In this document: positions 13,430 through 25,019 of the stretch, piece after piece
Position numbering within the stretch: the stretch's first letter is position 1
How the letters are laid out: each line of letters starts with the position of its first letter
Source of the DNA: Cetorhinus maximus
Lineage: Eukaryota
Assembly (NCBI RefSeq): GCF_964194155.1
Contig: NC_135897.1
Span: 63,550,001-63,614,000, forward strand
Direction: 5' to 3'
DNA length: 64,000 nt
Notes under the pieces: generated by a model
The model's input: the letters and a program-made list of their open reading frames with translations, nothing else
Database searches by the model: none
What the model was told of the DNA's origin: nothing
Program-made: the position numbers and the translations under genes

Positions 13430-15150
13430 CCATGAAACTTTAGATTACTTTTACCTAACTTTCCTAATCCAGCAGCTACGTTTTTGTGCTCCCCAGACAT
13501 CCACAGCAGAGACGGAGTCAGCCTGCTGACTGTGACGCCCTGTCTCTGATGACTTTGGTGGGCGTCCTCTGGAGGTCCGAGACTTGGTGCCCCTTGGCCT
13601 GCTTTCGGGGTCCTGCTGTGTGGCAGTGGCACCCTCCTCGGCCTGTGAAACTGGATCTGCAGAGATCACAGGAATAGGGGATTTGGATCAGCCGGTCACT
13701 CCCAGAGTCGCCTGTGTGGATGGCCCCAGAGTGTGCACCTGCTGATCCTTCTCCCTATGGGTGCCTGAGGGTCCCTGGTTGACTCCGTGAGCGGAAGGGG
13801 TAGCTGGACTGAGATCGAGCTGCCCAGCACCCCTCTCATGTACACACTGTTGGAGGCCAACTATGACATAAGCAATGGAGTTAAACCCGGGCTGGAGTGC
13901 AGGAGTGACGTCCTGGACCAAGGTCTCCATAGCAGCCGCCATCCTGCCAGTGTTGACCTCAGTGCATTGGCATGCCGGTGCTATGACCTCAGCCTGAAGA
14001 TGAATGGACTCCTCCATCGTGCCTTGCAAACTGAGGAGTGCAGCGGACATCCCTTCCTGATGTTCCCGAGCTTGCCTTTGCAGCTCCAGCAACTGTGACA
14101 TGACTGAGTCTAGAGGCTCATCATCTGACTCGGACTCAATGTTCTGGCCTCCAGCAGTCCTCTGGGGACTTGGGAAGTCCCTGCCTCCGCCTGCTGTGGA
14201 TCAGAAAGTGCGATGTGCTCACCAGATTATGACCCCGAGGCTACTCTAAAGCCAGGTCCCACCGAGGTGTGTGTCTCTGCGCTGGTGGAGGGTGTGGGTG
14301 AGCACTGTGACGGGACTTCAGGGAGGGTGCCTTCAGATTCCTCTTCAGAGGTTTCTTTGGGGCTTAATTGGAGGCTGTGGGTCATGGACTCTGTTGGCTG
14401 TTTGGCAGATGTGCCTGCGAAAGCAAGGGGAGATAATTAGTGCAGGGCAGTGGCCTGTGAAAGAGGACACATCACTCACAGCTTGGTTGTCTGATGGATG
14501 TTGCACTGCTGGATCCTCACTTGGTAGAGCAGCGCCGACCTCACCGTCAGCACAGGACCGGTCCCGGTCATCGCTGACCAGCTGGATGGCTTTGTTTTCG
14601 AATTCTGTCAGAACTTTGATCTCCAGCATCCCTCCACCTGTCTGCCACTTTTCCCTCCTTTTATGTGCCAGTTTGTCCTGCATGGATAGAGGTGGGGAGA
14701 GTGCATCAGGATGCCTGCCAGGCCAGCTGATAAGTATGCCCGGCCTGTGTGGGTGGAGAGTGGTCCCATGGATGGGATGAGGACAATGATGGGGTGTGTG
14801 AAAGAATGAATGGTGATGTCCCTTGCACTGACGGTGAGTGAGGGCCCTGTGGATGTGTGATGGATTTGAGAGTATGTGAGTTTAGAGTGATGAAAAGAAT
14901 GTTTACCCTGGTGGAACGGAGGAGATCGTTCATCCTTTTGTGGCACTGGGTGGCTGTTTTCCTCTACAGGGCATTTGCGCTGACCACTGCTGCTACCACC
15001 TCCCAAGCCAGGTTGGTGAATTTGCTGCCCATCCTACAGCCAGAGTGAGGGTAGAGCACATCCTGGCAGGCCTCCAAGTCATCCAGCAGTTGCTTGAGGG
15101 GCCCATCATTGAAGCGGGGGGGCTGCGGTCTTTTTTCTTTTGCTTGCCAT
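13430..15150 (-). pseudogene. Harbinger second gene, Myb/SANT-like DNA-binding protein (spliced, disrupted)
   Basis: ATG at 15150 (MASKRKK...RFND...DVLYP...AWEVVAAVVSA...TQCHKRMNDLLRSTR), donor GTAAAC at 14906, then exon DKLAHKRREKWQTGGG...LTEFE and a coiled-coil exon (LLELQRQAREHQEGM). The 3' limit is approximate. Confidence 0.8.
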
Positions 15151-15584
15151 GTCTCCCAGGCAGCGGTGATGAATTGGTGGCGATGAGTGCTTTGCTGGTG
15201 GGTGCCTTTTAAAGATGGTGGCTGGCATGATGCAACAGCGGGGTGATGCCGAGCTGGTGAATGAGAGCCCGCTCGCTATGGAAACTTCCTGTTTCCCGGG
15301 AATGAATAAATAATGAGGCGGTCTCAGGAAGATACGGTGTGAAAAACCACCATTTTTGTTGGTGGGCAGGACTCCATTTTACCCGCTTGCTACAGCGCTT
15401 AGTGCAATTCTGAGAAAATTCCGCCCTTTGTTTCATTTCACCCTTAACTCCCTGTTTGAAATCCTTAACTCTCTTTCTCCAGTACTGTCAGCACCAAGGT
15501 TGCCCTGATCAAAGTCATGTGATATCTTCTGCAATTCAGGATACCTTCGATGACCATGGTATATTATGATGTTCAGTACAGTTG

Positions 15585-16032
15585 ATCATTTATGAAGAGA
15601 GGTTGGATAGACTTGGGTTGTTTTCGTTGGAGGAGAGAAGGGGTGACCTGGCCGAGGTGTACAAGGTTATGAGGGGCATGGACAGGGTGGATATGGAACA
15701 GCTGTTCCCCTTAGTTGAAGGGTCAGTCATGAGGGGGCATAAGTTCAAGGTGAGGGGCAGGAGGTTTAGGAGGGATGTGAGGAAAAACCTTTTTACCCAG
15801 AGGGTGGTGATGGTCTGGAATGCGCTGCCTGGGAGGGTGGTGGAGGCGGGTTGCCTCACATCCTTTAAAAAGTACCTGGATGAGCACTTGGCACGTCATA
15901 ACATTCAAGGCTATGGGCCAAGTGCTGGAAAATGGGATTAGGTAGGTAGGTCAGGTGTTTCTCACGTGTCAGTGCAGACTCGATGGGCTGAAGGGCTTCT
16001 TCTGCACTGTGTGATTCTTTGATTCTGTGATT
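15585..16032 (+). mobile_element. Young CR1 LINE 3' end
   Basis: ORF 15582-15941 (YEERLDRLGLFSLE...GHKFKV...FTQRVVMVWNALP) and a tgattc tail. Nearly identical to the copy at 40310-40666. Confidence 0.92.
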
Positions 16033-18814
16033 TTCCTCCATATACTTCAATCTACTTGTGAACAACCAGGAAGATTTGCCTCTATTTATAAGAGTATTGA
16101 AGTTGACTCATAAATTATTTTGTTTTCATTTATGCAGAGTTCACCTTGTATCATAAAGGCATCTCCAATTCAGATTAAGTAATAATCAACTTGTGATTTG
16201 GTGTTACTAAGTGTAAATTATCACTTGATTAATTTACAGTCATTGCACAGCAGTCGGTCTCTAACCCTTCACTGTGAATATCATCATACATACATTGACT
16301 AAAAGGAGCACATTGGCTATTCATGTCTACCCTGGCAGCAGCTAGTGACAAAATAGCTCAAAACAATCACACACAAACTTAACATATAAAATACACGAAG
16401 AAAACATATTCAATGAAATAGTTCCAAAACTGTAATCTCATTTCAGGTTCAATTGAGGACAATAGTGTCAACTAAATCAATTGAAAGACGAGCATATGAA
16501 ATAGGAGTAGAAGTAGGCCATTCAGCCCCTCGAGCCTGCTCTGCCATTCAATAAGATCATGGCTGTTCTGTTTGTGTTTTGAGTTCTACATTCCCAATTA
16601 CCCCCGATAATCTTTGATTCCCTTGACTAACAAGAATCTATCTACCTCGGCCTTAAAAATATTCAGTGACCCAGCTTCCACTGCCTTCTGAGGCAGAGAG
16701 TTCCAAAGTCATACAACCCTTTGAGAGAAAACAAATTCTCCTCATCTCTGTCCTATAAGGGCCACCCCCAATTTTAAAACAGTGCCCCCTAGTTCTGAAT
16801 TCACTCAACAGGAAACATCCTCTCCACATCCTCCTTGTCAAAACCATTCAGGATCTTATATACTTCAATCAAGTCACCCCTCACTCTTCTAAACTCCAGT
16901 GGAAACAAGCCCAGCCTGAGTCCAACTTATTCTCATAAGACAGTGCTCATTCCAGGTATCAATCTAGTAAACCTCCTCTGAACCACCTCCAACGCATTTA
17001 CATCCTTCCTTAAATAAGAAGGTCAAAACTGTACACAGCATTTGAAATGTGGTCTCACCAATGCCTGTATAACTGAAGCATAACATCCTTACTTTTATGT
17101 TCAAGTCCTCTCATAATAAAGCATAGCATTCCATTAGCCTTTTTGATTACATGCTGTATCTGTATACTTATGTTTTGTGACTCATGCACAAGAATGCTTA
17201 GATCCTTCTGCACCTCAGAATCCTGCAGTTATTCTCAGTTTAAGTAATACTCTGCTTTTTTATTCTTCCTGCCGAAGTGAACAACTTCACATTTTCCCAC
17301 ATTATACTCCACCTGCCAGATTTTTGCCCACCTACTCAACCTATCTATATCCATCTGCAAACTCATGTCTTCTTCACAACATATTTTCCTAACTATTTTT
17401 ATGTCTTCTACAAATTTACCTTTACTCTCCTCATCTAAGTCATTGCTGTAAATTGTAAAAGGTTAAGGCCCCAGCACAGACCCCTACGTAACTCCAGTCA
17501 TCACATCTTGCCAATCAAAGACACATTTTTGCATACTCTGTTTTCTGCCAGCCAGCCAATTTTCTATCCAGGCTAATATGTGACCCCCTACACTCTTAGC
17601 TTTTATTTTCCGCAATAACCTTTGATGTGGCACCTTATCAAATGCCTTCTGGAAATCCAAGTACAGTACATCTACAGGCTCCCCTTTATCCATATTAATC
17701 CTTCAAAGGACTCTAATAAATTGGTTAAGCATAATTTCCCTTTTGCAAAACCATGCTGACTCTTCCCGATTACCTTGAATTTTTCAATGTGCCCAGCTAT
17801 AACCTCTTTAATGATCGACTCTAACACCTTCCCCATAACAGATATCAAGCTAACTGGCCTACAGCTTCCTGTTTTCTGTCTCCCTTCCTTCTTGAATAGA
17901 GGGGTTATATTTGCTACTTTCCAGTCTGGTGGAACCTTTCCAGAAACTAGGGAATTTTGGTAAATTAACATCAACACATCTACTACCTTATTAGCCACCT
18001 CTTTTAAGACCCTAGGATGAAGTCTATCTGGACCTAGAGACTTGTCAGCCCACAGCTCCATCAGTTTGCTCAGTACCTCTTCCCAAGTGATTGTAATTTC
18101 ACCAAGTTCCTCTCTCCCCTCCACTCCTGATTTGCAGCTATTACTAGAATGTTTTTTGTCTCTTCTATAGTGAAGACAGAAGCAAATTATTTGTTCATTT
18201 TGTCTGCCATTTCCTTATTATCTACTATTAACTCCCCATTCTCACCCTCTAGAGGACCAACACTCACTTTAACTACTCTCTTCCTGTTTAAATACCTGCA
18301 GAAACTCTTGCTATCCATTTTTACATTTGTAGCTAGCTTTCTCTCATAATCTAATTTCTTTTTCCTGATTCCTTTTCTCTGCCATTCTTTATATTCTGAC
18401 AAATCATCTGATCTGCCACTCAACTTTGTGCAGTTATATGCTTTTTCCTTAAGTTTGGTGCTTTCCCTAACTTTAGTTAACCACGGATGGTGGGTCCTCC
18501 CTTTAGAATTTTTCTTTATGGTAGGAATATACTTATTCTGAGTGTTCTGAAATATCCCCTTAAAATGCCAGCCACTATTTTATTGATCTATTCCCTAGCC
18601 TAGTATCCCAGTTAACTTCAGCAAGTTCAGCTTTCATGTCCACATAGTTGCCCTTAGTTAAGTTTAAAATACTAGTCTTAGACCCACTCTTTTCCCTTTC
18701 ATATCAGATGTAAAATTCAAACATATTGTGGTCACTGCTACCTAGGGATGTCTTTACTCTGAGGTCATTAATTAATCCTGTCACATTACACAATACCAAG
18801 TCTAATATAACCTG

Positions 18815-19377
18815 AAACAAAAACAGAATTACCTGGAAAAACTCAGCAGGTCTGGTAGCATCGGCGGAGAAGAAGAGTTGATGTTTCGAGTCCTCATGAC
18901 CCTTCAACAGAACTGAGCAATATCAGGAGAAGGGTGAAATATAAGTTGGTTTAAGGTGGGGGGGGGGCGGGGAAGAGAAGTTGGAGGTGGTGGAGGGGGG
19001 GGGGTTGTAGGAACAAGCAAGCAGTGATAGGAGCAGATAATCAAAAGATGTTACAGACAAAGGAACAAAGAGGTGTTAAAGGTGGTGATATTATCTAAGA
19101 GAATGTGCTAATTAAGAATGGATGGCAGGACATTCAAGGTACAGCTCTAGTGGGGGTGGGTGGAAAGACTGACAGGGCATTACAGTTATAGATTTAAAAA
19201 TAATGGAAATAGGTGGGAAAAGAAAAATCTATATAAATTATTGGAAAAAACAAAAGGGAGGGGAAAGAAACGGAAAGGGGGTGGGGATGGAAGATGGAGT
19301 TCAAGATCCAAAGTTGTTGAATTCAATATTCAGTCTGGAAGGCTGTAAAGTGCTTAGTCGGAAGATGAGGTGCTGTT
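18815..19377 (-). mobile_element. Penelope-like element 3' fragment inserted in CR1
   Basis: Minus strand encodes the GIY-YIG C-terminus QHLIFRLSTLQPSRLNIEFNNF, followed by a pLTR. Flanked by a 7-bp direct repeat TAACCTG (18808-18814, 19378-19384). Removing it restores the CR1 reading EQVILDLVLCN. Confidence 0.85.
18875..18914 (-). ncRNA. Minimal hammerhead-ribozyme-like motif in the Penelope pLTR (variant core)
   Basis: agtt-CUGUUGA-aGGGUC-augag-GACUC-GAAAC-AUC-aacu. Stem I is agtt/aact and stem II is GGGUC/GACUC. The core departs from CUGANGA...GAAACGUC. Confidence 0.55.
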
Positions 19378-20275
19378 TAACCTGCTCTTAGATAGTTTCT
19401 TAGAGCAGCATGTTCTGGAACCAATCTTGAAAGCATCTTATGAGCTCCTCATCCAGGCTATTACTGCCAATCTGATTTTTCCACTTTATATGTAGATTAA
19501 AGTCACCCATGATTATTGCTGTCCCTTTATCACAAGCACCCAATACTTCTTTATGTATACTTTGTCCTATATTATGGTTACTGTTAGGGGGCCTGTAGAC
19601 CACTCCCACTAGTGACTTCTTTTCCCTACTATTCCTCTTCTCCACCCAAACCGATCCTTCATTCTTGTCTCCTGAACCAAGGTCACCTCTAACTATTGCA
19701 CAAATGCCATCCTTGAATAACAGTGCTACCCCTCCACCTTTACCTAGCTTCCTATTCTTCTTGAATGTCATATATCCCTCAATATTCAAGAGGCAATCCT
19801 TGTCATCCTGCAGTCATGTCTCTGTAATGTCTATCAGATCGTATTTATTTACTTTAATGTGCAATATCAATTTGTTTACTTTGTTATGGATGCTACACAC
19901 ATTCAGATACAGAGCCTTTAGTTTTGCCTTTTTGTTATCTTTGTGACATCTGGTCTTGATCCTTGGTACATTCTTAGATTTTTTTCTCTCTGTCCCTTCC
20001 TGCCATTCTCCAACCCTCATTTCCCATATTACTATTTTCCTCTCTTACCTTGTCTCTACTCTTTGATATACCACATTTGGCCCCCTGTTTCCACTATTTA
20101 GTTTAAAATCTGAACAATAGTGGTTTGTACTAAATCTTGGTTATTAATTATTCTTTATTTTCATTCCACAGTAACTCTAATTTACCTATATTTCCCCGAG
20201 TCAGGACATTAATATTTCACAGCCTTGATGTGCAATTAATAGACACTGCTTAAAATTACATGAAATGCCTCTCAC

Positions 20276-20434
20276 CTCCTCTTTTTAAGGAGGTGTATCT
20301 TTTAGAAGTGTAGTCTTTTGTCCGCACTTGGACTCCGTCTAATACTGATTTTGGTTGACGTTTCTGGTATCTATGCAATGTAATGAGATATCCCTTTGCT
20401 GCCTGGCTGCAAAGTTCTTGTAAGGAATCCCATC
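20276..20434 (-). CDS. ADPRHL1: ADPRHL1/ARH2-like gene, coding exon 2
   Basis: 159 bp, phase 1-1, tctttcAG...GAG|GTgag. Open frame (G)WDSLQELCSQAAKGYLITLHRYQKRQPKSVLDGVQVRTKDYTSKRYTSLKRG aligns loosely with ADPRHL1 DYWCLDDLYREMVRCY...RRPDPATIEG. Confidence 0.85.
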
Positions 20435-21373
20435 CTGAAAGAATAGCACAGATTGATTACTATTAGCATGCTAACGATAAGGTAATATTTGATAAAAAAA
20501 ACTTAAACGCACGAAAGAGCTAACTTAAATGCGCAATCCATTCAATAATAAAAAGAATGTAACAACAAAAAAAAATCATTTGAAGATGCTGGAAATAGGT
20601 ATCAGGTTAAAGTTCTGTTGAAGGATCCACACCCGAAAGATCAGTGTTTTCTCCTGGCTAACAGAGCTACGGTGCATTTCCCACATTTTATATGAGGGGT
20701 GTAACTCCACCGTTAACTTTTTATGTCGAAAATATACGCTATGCCGCACAATCAAAAATGATGTGATATTTGGAAAGGGAACTGATGAAAATGACGTCTT
20801 CATTTTGCTAGTGACGATAATTTTAGTCTGTTGTCTGAACTACTGCACGATTAATAAAACGGGGCTTAAGTTAGTCTTTGGAGGCACTTGGCAGTTTACC
20901 TTTCAAGTGCAAATATGAATGAAATGTAGCATTCTGCTTGGGATTTTTGTTTCGTTTTAGAATGCTACTTTTGAGAAATGAGTTTAAGGAGCCCACGAGC
21001 TTGTTATAGTACCTGGAAAGGGCGGTGTCGTGTTAATCGTTTCAATCGGGCATTTAGCTACGTTAACAGCGCTCAGATTGCATGTTGTCGTTCCAAAATC
21101 GCTCTTTAGCGGTCCGAAGTATCAGACAGTGGTGTCAGAACCACACTTTTAACATTTGTATCTTCACTGATAAAATAACGTGAAGGCTATCTGTGCAGGG
21201 GAATGGTGTGAATGAGCTGTGTTTATGGGTGAGCAGAGATATCAAGCAGTTGATGGACAGCAATGCTTCAATATCACATCTAACAGGGACGAAAGAGAAG
21301 AGAGAAAAAGGGATACAAGGCAAGAAACAAAAGAGCAAAAGGAAAGGAAAGCGAACACCAAAGGAAAACTCAC

Positions 21374-21584
21374 CAGAAGCTAATGCTTCAGCAGTTGCCA
21401 TGTGCATGAGAGTATCAAATGGAACCTGCCACTGAAGTGATTTCGAAATCATCGTGTCAATCTCTCCTGATAAATCAGTCTCCGTCAATTTTAGCCCAGG
21501 TTTGTTGCACTCGTGGGAAATGTTGTGATAGCCCATGACATTCCCAAGCGCTCCGAGCACCATGGCAGCTTCGTACCTCTCCAT
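21374..21584 (-). CDS. ADPRHL1: ADPRHL1/ARH2-like gene, coding exon 1
   Basis: ATG at 21584, 211 bp, donor TG|GTGAGT. MERYEAAMVLGALGNVMGYHN...WQVPFDTLMHMATAEALAS matches ADPRHL1 [21 protein letters not shown]...WPVSDNTIMHIATAEALTT. Confidence 0.93.
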
Positions 21585-21679
21585 TGGATCAGCTCCCAAA
21601 ACCCCGAACTGACAGTCAGACTTCCCTCGACTGTTTCGCAAATCCACGCCGAGGTCTAAATGTACAGTCTGGGCTTCTG

Positions 21680-21720
21680 GAGTCCCGCCCCACTCCCTGC
21701 CGATTGGACCTTTAAAACCA
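21680..21720 (-). promoter_or_regulatory. Putative proximal promoter of the ADPRHL1-like gene (GC box and CCAAT box)
   Basis: GGGGCGGG (+ strand cccgcccc, about 21683) and CCAAT (+ strand attgg, about 21703) lie 100-120 bp upstream of the ATG. Confidence 0.4.
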
Positions 21721-24519
21721 CGTGCATCCTAACTGAAACGCGCCAACTACAAGTTTCGTTCACAGCGACTTGAGAAGTCCCGGTCAGTTCACTCACACTG
21801 CAGTTTTGTTGACTACAGTATTTTAAAATAGAGTCAAATAGAGTTTCAATTTTATTCAAATCGCGATCTGACATCTAAAGCTGAAGGATTTAACTAGGGT
21901 TGAAACTACTTATTCTGGCCAATTCAAACTACTCATCGATGTTTGTGTGTAAGAGACAAATTGATCAGTTCAGCGTGAATTTTAGTCTGGATACAGGAGA
22001 GTATATTTTTATTTAGCCTGATGATTTTGCTTGCTACTCAATTGAGTTCTGGAATTCTCAAACCGATTCCCAGAAGACGAAAATTCATAATAAATCTACA
22101 GGTACATGTTGCAAAGAGACTGAATAAGTAAGTTACAAATATTTACAAAGTTTAAGAGTCTTTTCTTAAAACAAATATTTCAAATTATTAATAAGATGCA
22201 ATAAAGTTTGGAATAAGTAAAAGTGCGAAGTATTCTAAAGTTTTTGTACGGAGTTGGTTGATCGAAATCAGATTAAAGGCGCGTGATGTGATCTATACAA
22301 TCCTCATCATTAAATTATGTCATCGAGTGTTTTAACTAAACTTTCTAAATCCAACTTCCGTCTTTAATTTGCTTTGTCGCCGTTGCAATTTTATATTTAA
22401 CAACTGCATTTTGTTTTACTTAGGATTGTAACAAGGATTAGACTGTTAACATGAGTTTCGATACTTGCGTACCTGTCTCGAGTAACATCCTATTGTTCAT
22501 ATGCTGATTGTGAATAATGTAATTTTATATAATGCAGCCTTGCGATTTAAAACAAATCCGCCTCTTTTAATAACCAGAGGTCTCAATGAATTGAAATAGT
22601 ATTCGTGCTCAGATTCAATACTGACGTTCGCACCATAAATACTAGAAGGGAACATTTACAAGGCTACGGGGAAGGGTCTGATTTCACATTTAGTGTTTCA
22701 TTTCCATTTTGAAAGAAGGGAGGGGTTTTCTCTTCACGGTTATAGATTCGGGTGAAGTATAGAAATAAACAAATACATGACAACAACGACGTGCATTTAT
22801 ATCTCATCTTACAGGCTTCATAGACTGTGGTTAGCAAGCCATTTACAATGTTATCTTGTATTGGGGTAATGGCACAAAGCATCAAACTAACCTAAATACA
22901 CACATACTATACGAGTGTGTCTTTTTCACACTCCAAATGTCACACACCAGAGGCTAGAAGTGCAAAACACCCAGGCAAAGGGAAAGTGGAGCCTGAAATC
23001 CTCAAGAACTTTCTAATCAACAAAATCTCCGCACCAAACACTAATTAAACGTTGCCTTAAGGTGTGTTTACTTAACACACAAGTTGTGTATTACATGATT
23101 TAATACTCACCTAAGTCCTCATAAACGATGTCACCGTGTCACTAACGGTCCGTTAGATAATAAATAAAACTCATATCTTAAATCTACGGCACCTTATCTG
23201 AGTTTTCAGACCTAACAGTTTCCCCAACTTGTTGCAAAAAATACTGAACTAACGCTTCCTTGTTAGTTGTGAATGGAAGACATCTTCCAGTTTAGGTATG
23301 ATGTTCACCCAAAATGTGACTGGGCGTCTACACATAGGTCCAGACTTTGTATAAGTACAACTGTAACTGAAATTTGGAGATCGGATCACAAAACCCATTT
23401 CTGTGTTAGCAATGTAATCAGGATTTATGCTTTCTCTCTGTTGCCATTACTTGAATGGAAAACCAATAGCCGGAGGCACTCCTGCGCAATGACTAATGCT
23501 TGCCACATTTGAGGAATGAAGGCGGGATCTTCAAAATGTCATTAAGAAATTTGGGAAATATATTATATTACTGAGTCAACAACTTAGTAACAGTTGATCC
23601 AAATAATATGCTGAGTATGCCGTGGAATCGTGCTGTTTCAATGTTGTCTAAACATGCAGGTATGATTTCAGCAGTTTTGCTACTGAAGGTGGAGGTTCCG
23701 CTTATTTTTGCCTCGTCAAATTATATAACGTTACATTTGCTACAAATGCGTTTTCTTGGCTGGAAAATGAGCAGTGACAAGGAATGTTGACATTTTACAT
23801 CAGAGTGTAATTAATTTGGTCAATTATAATTTGATCTGTGACTCCGTATAGTTCTGTAAATTTGGTTTTGAGGAGCTGGGACTTTTTAAAATCAAAACGT
23901 TGTATTATGCAGATTGATATTTGTAATAATATTGATATTATTTGACGAGCATTTCGTACTATGGTAAACATATAAATGTAAAGCACTCTGGGACAGCCCG
24001 AGTTCGTGAAAGGCGCTATATAAACGTAAGTTCTTTCTTCCTTTTCTTTATCTACAAGTATTTGATAATCTGAGGCAAGGGTTTGCAAAATGTATTCAAG
24101 TCCTATCCCACAGGTATATTTCATATTATTTATGCCAAATTCCGCCATCATTATTGAAGCCGACCAGTTGCTTTACCGTAGATGAAATTTCCATAATGAC
24201 AAGGGTACAGCATGCCATGTATTCCGCGGAGTAATTTTGATCAGTGTAGTTGGAACACACAAACACACACACAGAATTTTGATAGGGCTCACTCGCCAAA
24301 GCAAAACTATTTTGCGCAACTAATGGTATATAATATAAATTATACTCTTGTTGAATTTGACTTTTTATACAACCGATTATTTAAATAACATTCAACTTCA
24401 TGACCAACGACTCGCTGAATCTGACTTTCTATGTAATTCTTAGATTGCAAACTAATACACCACATTTTCATAGGGTAAATCATTACAATTTGAGTTAGAG
24501 AGGGGATGCATCGTCAAGC

Positions 24520-24650
24520 CAAACACCATAATAACTGTTCTGAAGAAGATTCATATTCGACTCGAAATGTAAACTCTGTTTCTCTCTCCACAGATGCCAG
24601 ACGTGCTGTTTTTATTTCAGATTTCCGGCATCGGCAGTATTTTGCTTTTA
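24520..24650 (+). mobile_element. Penelope pLTR remnant with hammerhead-like motif
   Basis: gtt-CTGAAGA-agattc-atattc-gactc-GAAA-tgta-aac followed by tctgtttctctctccacagatgc...gcagtattttgctttt. Same terminal sequence family as 18815-18914 and 62030-62200. Confidence 0.6.
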
Positions 24651-25019
24651 TCATAATATATAACCATTTGTGGGGAAATACATACAGAAATCTTCTCATC
24701 ATTACTAGGTAAGGCTACCTAATCTTGAAGGTTTACTTTAGCTGTGAAGCTATAAGAGCGAAAGGGACAAGAGGGATCTTGGCCCCAGTTGGACATTTTT
24801 CAGCATGCTTAGCAAAAATTTGGTAGGCAGTACTTAGCCCAACAGACCAGAATTTTACCTACAACCACCCATTGAATATATCCAGATTAGTCATAAGACA
24901 CTTTCTTACTCAAAGAAAAGGATGACCACTGCATCACTAAAAAGAGATTGGAGGTATAGCTGTAGATCTACAATTTAGAAACAGGGAATGAAATACAACC
25001 ATACATTTTGTAAAAGAAA

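Larger units (their letters stand above)
11275..15426. mobile_element. Full-length (4152 bp) decayed autonomous PIF/Harbinger DNA transposon
   Basis: TIRs GGGCGGAGTTTTC / GAAAATTCCGCCC. 3-bp TSD TTT at 11272-11274 and 15427-15429. Convergent transposase (+) and Myb/SANT-like (-) genes. Inserted into an L2-like LINE fragment (about 10740-11274 plus 15427-15560). Confidence 0.92.
16490..20106 (-). mobile_element. Long CR1 LINE, ORF2 (APE endonuclease plus RT) degraded, interrupted by a Penelope fragment
   Basis: ORFs LYLNVCSIHNK...ITET, GGGVAL...GVVYRPPN...MGDFN, GPDRLHPRVLKE...RPVSL, and YLDFQKAFDKVPH. CR1 3' UTR near 16490-16700. Confidence 0.93.

Noticed and set aside
1590-21584. Calling the minus-strand gene ADPRH (active ARH1)
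   Set aside because: It lacks SDDT and GGCG, and has ADPRHL1-type residues and multi-exon intron positions.
21135-21647. 170-aa single-exon ORF
   Set aside because: Only 21584-21374 is ARH-like. A strong GTGAGT donor follows, and the hydrophobic remainder is intron read-through.
21815-22020. MEF2-like A/T boxes upstream of the ADPRHL1-like gene
   Set aside because: Only imperfect matches to YTA(A/T)4TAR in AT-rich DNA, not distinguishable from chance.
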